From an uncultured Acidobacteriota bacterium (GTDB lineage: Bacteria; Acidobacteriota; Thermoanaerobaculia; Gp7-AA8), in NCBI GenBank assembly GCA_963741955.1, contig CAVUKB010000007.1:1152001-1216000 (forward strand): a DNA stretch of 64,000 bases, read 5' to 3'. The notes under the pieces were generated by a model. The model worked only from the letters and a program-made list of their open reading frames with translations, made no database searches and was not told the DNA's origin. The position numbers were made by a program, and so were the translations under genes. Below, piece by piece: positions 62,333 through 64,000 of the stretch. Every line of letters begins with the position of its first letter. Within the stretch, counting starts at the first letter, position 1.

Positions 62333-62989
62333 ATGTCACAGCTGTTCAGCCGATGGACGAATTTGTTTTCGCGTTCGGCTCTCGTACTGGTCGCCGTCGC
62401 GCCGGTCGTGTTCGTCGCCCTCGGGTGGGAGATCTACATGTCATCCTGGACCACACGAGTCGGGCGGCCGATCGACCAGCCGATCCCCTTCAGTCATAAA
62501 CACCACGTCAGCGAAGATGGAATCGACTGCCGCTACTGTCACACGTCGGTCGAGAAGAGCTCCTTTGCCGGCATTCCTCCGATCAAGACGTGCATGACCT
62601 GTCACTCGCAGCTCTACGTGAACAGCCCCATGCTCGCGCCGATACGAAAGAGCTTCGAGAGCGGGATTCCCGTCGAGTGGAACCGGGTGAACCATCTTCC
62701 GGAATTCGTCTTCTTCGATCACAGCATCCACGTCGCGAAGGGTGTCGGATGTTCGACCTGCCACGGACGGGTCGACCAGATGCCGATCACCTGGAAGACC
62801 CACAGCTTCTTCATGCGCTGGTGCCTCGATTGCCACACCCATCCGGAGCGTTACCTCCGGCCCCGCTCGAAGATCTTCGACATGACGTGGGAGCCTCCTC
62901 CGAACCAGATCGCGCTCGGCAAGAGGCTGATCGAAAAGTACGGAATCAACGTGAAGCAGATGACTGACTGCACCATGTGCCATCGATGA
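62333..62989 (+). CDS. actA: Alternative complex III pentaheme cytochrome c subunit
   Basis: N-terminal TM, QPIPFSHKHH, five CxxCH motifs (CRYCH, CMTCH, CSTCH, CLDCH, CTMCH). Confidence 0.92.
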   Translation: MSQLFSRWTNLFSRSALVLVAVAPVVFVALGWEIYMSSWTTRVGRPIDQPIPFSHKHHVSEDGIDCRYCHTSVEKSSFAGIPPIKTCMTCHSQLYVNSPMLAPIRKSFESGIPVEWNRVNHLPEFVFFDHSIHVAKGVGCSTCHGRVDQMPITWKTHSFFMRWCLDCHTHPERYLRPRSKIFDMTWEPPPNQIALGKRLIEKYGINVKQMTDCTMCHR

Positions 62990-64000
62990 GAAATCCGGAG
63001 ACAGAAAGACTCGATCTCGACGTGATCCGCCGCCGCATCGAAGAAGCGGGCGACGGTTACTCGTGGCGAAGCCTGGACGAGGTCGCCGCCACCGAAGAGT
63101 TCCAGGAGTACCTGCAGTACGAGTTCACGGAACAGCAGGAGATCTGGAGTGATCCGGTCAGCCGCCGCAACTTTCTCAAGCTGATGGCGGGCTCGTTCGC
63201 TCTCGCCGGCCTGACCGGCTGCATCAAGTTCCCGGCGGACAAGATCGTCCCGTACATCGACCAGCCGGAGATGCTCGTCCCCGGCCAGCCTCTCTGGTTC
63301 GCGACGGCGGTTCCGTTCCGCGGCTTCGGACGCGGTGCGATCGTCCGCAGTAACGAGGGGCGTCCGACCAAGATCGACGGAAACCGGAGGCACCCGGCGA
63401 CGCTCGGTGCGACCGACCCGTTCATGCAGGGCGAGCTGATCGCGATGTACGACCCAGAACGCGCGCAGTCCTTCCGTGTGGACGGGAGAGTGACCACCGC
63501 GGAGACGTTCATCGACGAGATGCTTCTGGTTCTCGAGCGTGAGGCGGCCCGTCAGGGGTCAGGTCTGCGGATCCTGACGGGGACCGTCACGTCGCCCACC
63601 ATCGGCGCCCAGCTGAAGGCGATCCAGCAGAAATATCCGGCCGCGCGATGGCACCAGTGGGAACCGGTCAATCACGACACCGAGTACCGCGCGGTCCGCA
63701 CCGCGTTCGGCGGCGACTACGATCTCAGCTATCGATTCGATCGCGCGAAAGTGATTCTTTCGCTCGATTCCGACTTCATGTTCGGTCACCCCGGGAGCAT
63801 CCGTTTCGCCCGCGACTTCTCGTCCACGCGGCGGGTGATCGACGAGACGCCGGCGGAGATGAATCGCTTCTACTCGGTGGAGGTGATCCCGACCGTCACC
63901 GGCTCGGTGGCCGACCATCACCTGGCGCTCCAGGCCCGCGACATCCAGGCCTTCGCTCGCGATCTCGCGGCCCGGCTCGGGGTCGCGGGCGCCGCGCGCG
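62986..64000 (+). CDS. actB: Alternative complex III subunit ActB (Tat-variant molybdopterin oxidoreductase-like), 3'-truncated by window edge
   Basis: Translated by hand: WRSLDE..., SRRNFLKLMAGSFALAGLTGC, KIVPY..PE...PG, EGRPTKIDGN..HP, MYDPER; ATGA overlap with actA; absent from the ORF track. Confidence 0.9.
   Translation, partial: MRNPETERLDLDVIRRRIEEAGDGYSWRSLDEVAATEEFQEYLQYEFTEQQEIWSDPVSRRNFLKLMAGSFALAGLTGCIKFPADKIVPYIDQPEMLVPGQPLWFATAVPFRGFGRGAIVRSNEGRPTKIDGNRRHPATLGATDPFMQGELIAMYDPERAQSFRVDGRVTTAETFIDEMLLVLEREAARQGSGLRILTGTVTSPTIGAQLKAIQQKYPAARWHQWEPVNHDTEYRAVRTAFGGDYDLSYRFDRAKVILSLDSDFMFGHPGSIRFARDFSSTRRVIDETPAEMNRFYSVEVIPTVTGSVADHHLALQARDIQAFARDLAARLGVAGAAR

Overview
GC-rich bacterial chromosomal window. 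A VWFA-type Acidobacterial protein and the gene set suggest Acidobacteriota, probably Thermoanaerobaculia (inference). It holds about 50 genes, mostly housekeeping or metabolic: pdxJ, ABC-F, cinA, the rseP-dxr-cdsA-uppS-truA block, dapF, a ~12 kb surface-glycosylation locus (GT2/GT4, a priming transferase and several GT-C-like membrane proteins), an aromatic amino-acid decarboxylase, rnd, trxB, ald, two tandem S8/PA subtilases, a FadR-fadD-fadJ beta-oxidation operon with a Bacillus-type FadR box, split LKR and SDH saccharopine-pathway genes, a MarR-ClC pair and the start of alternative complex III (actA/actB). I found no rRNA, tRNA or CRISPR array. The most unusual features are: (1) an intact RAYT/Y1-transposase homologue with a degenerate HUH motif, flanked by a perfect palindrome and a 213-bp tandem array of hairpins; (2) two families of MITE-like long hairpins with different ends but a shared central hairpin and a G-T wobble bias on the same strand; (3) two AT-rich elements with inverted heptamer-repeat arms; (4) a shared C-terminal PRHR tail on both subtilases; (5) a diguanylate cyclase with extracytoplasmic OB-fold-like domains; (6) many apparently leaderless promoters. 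All family calls come from motif recognition by eye, not database searches.
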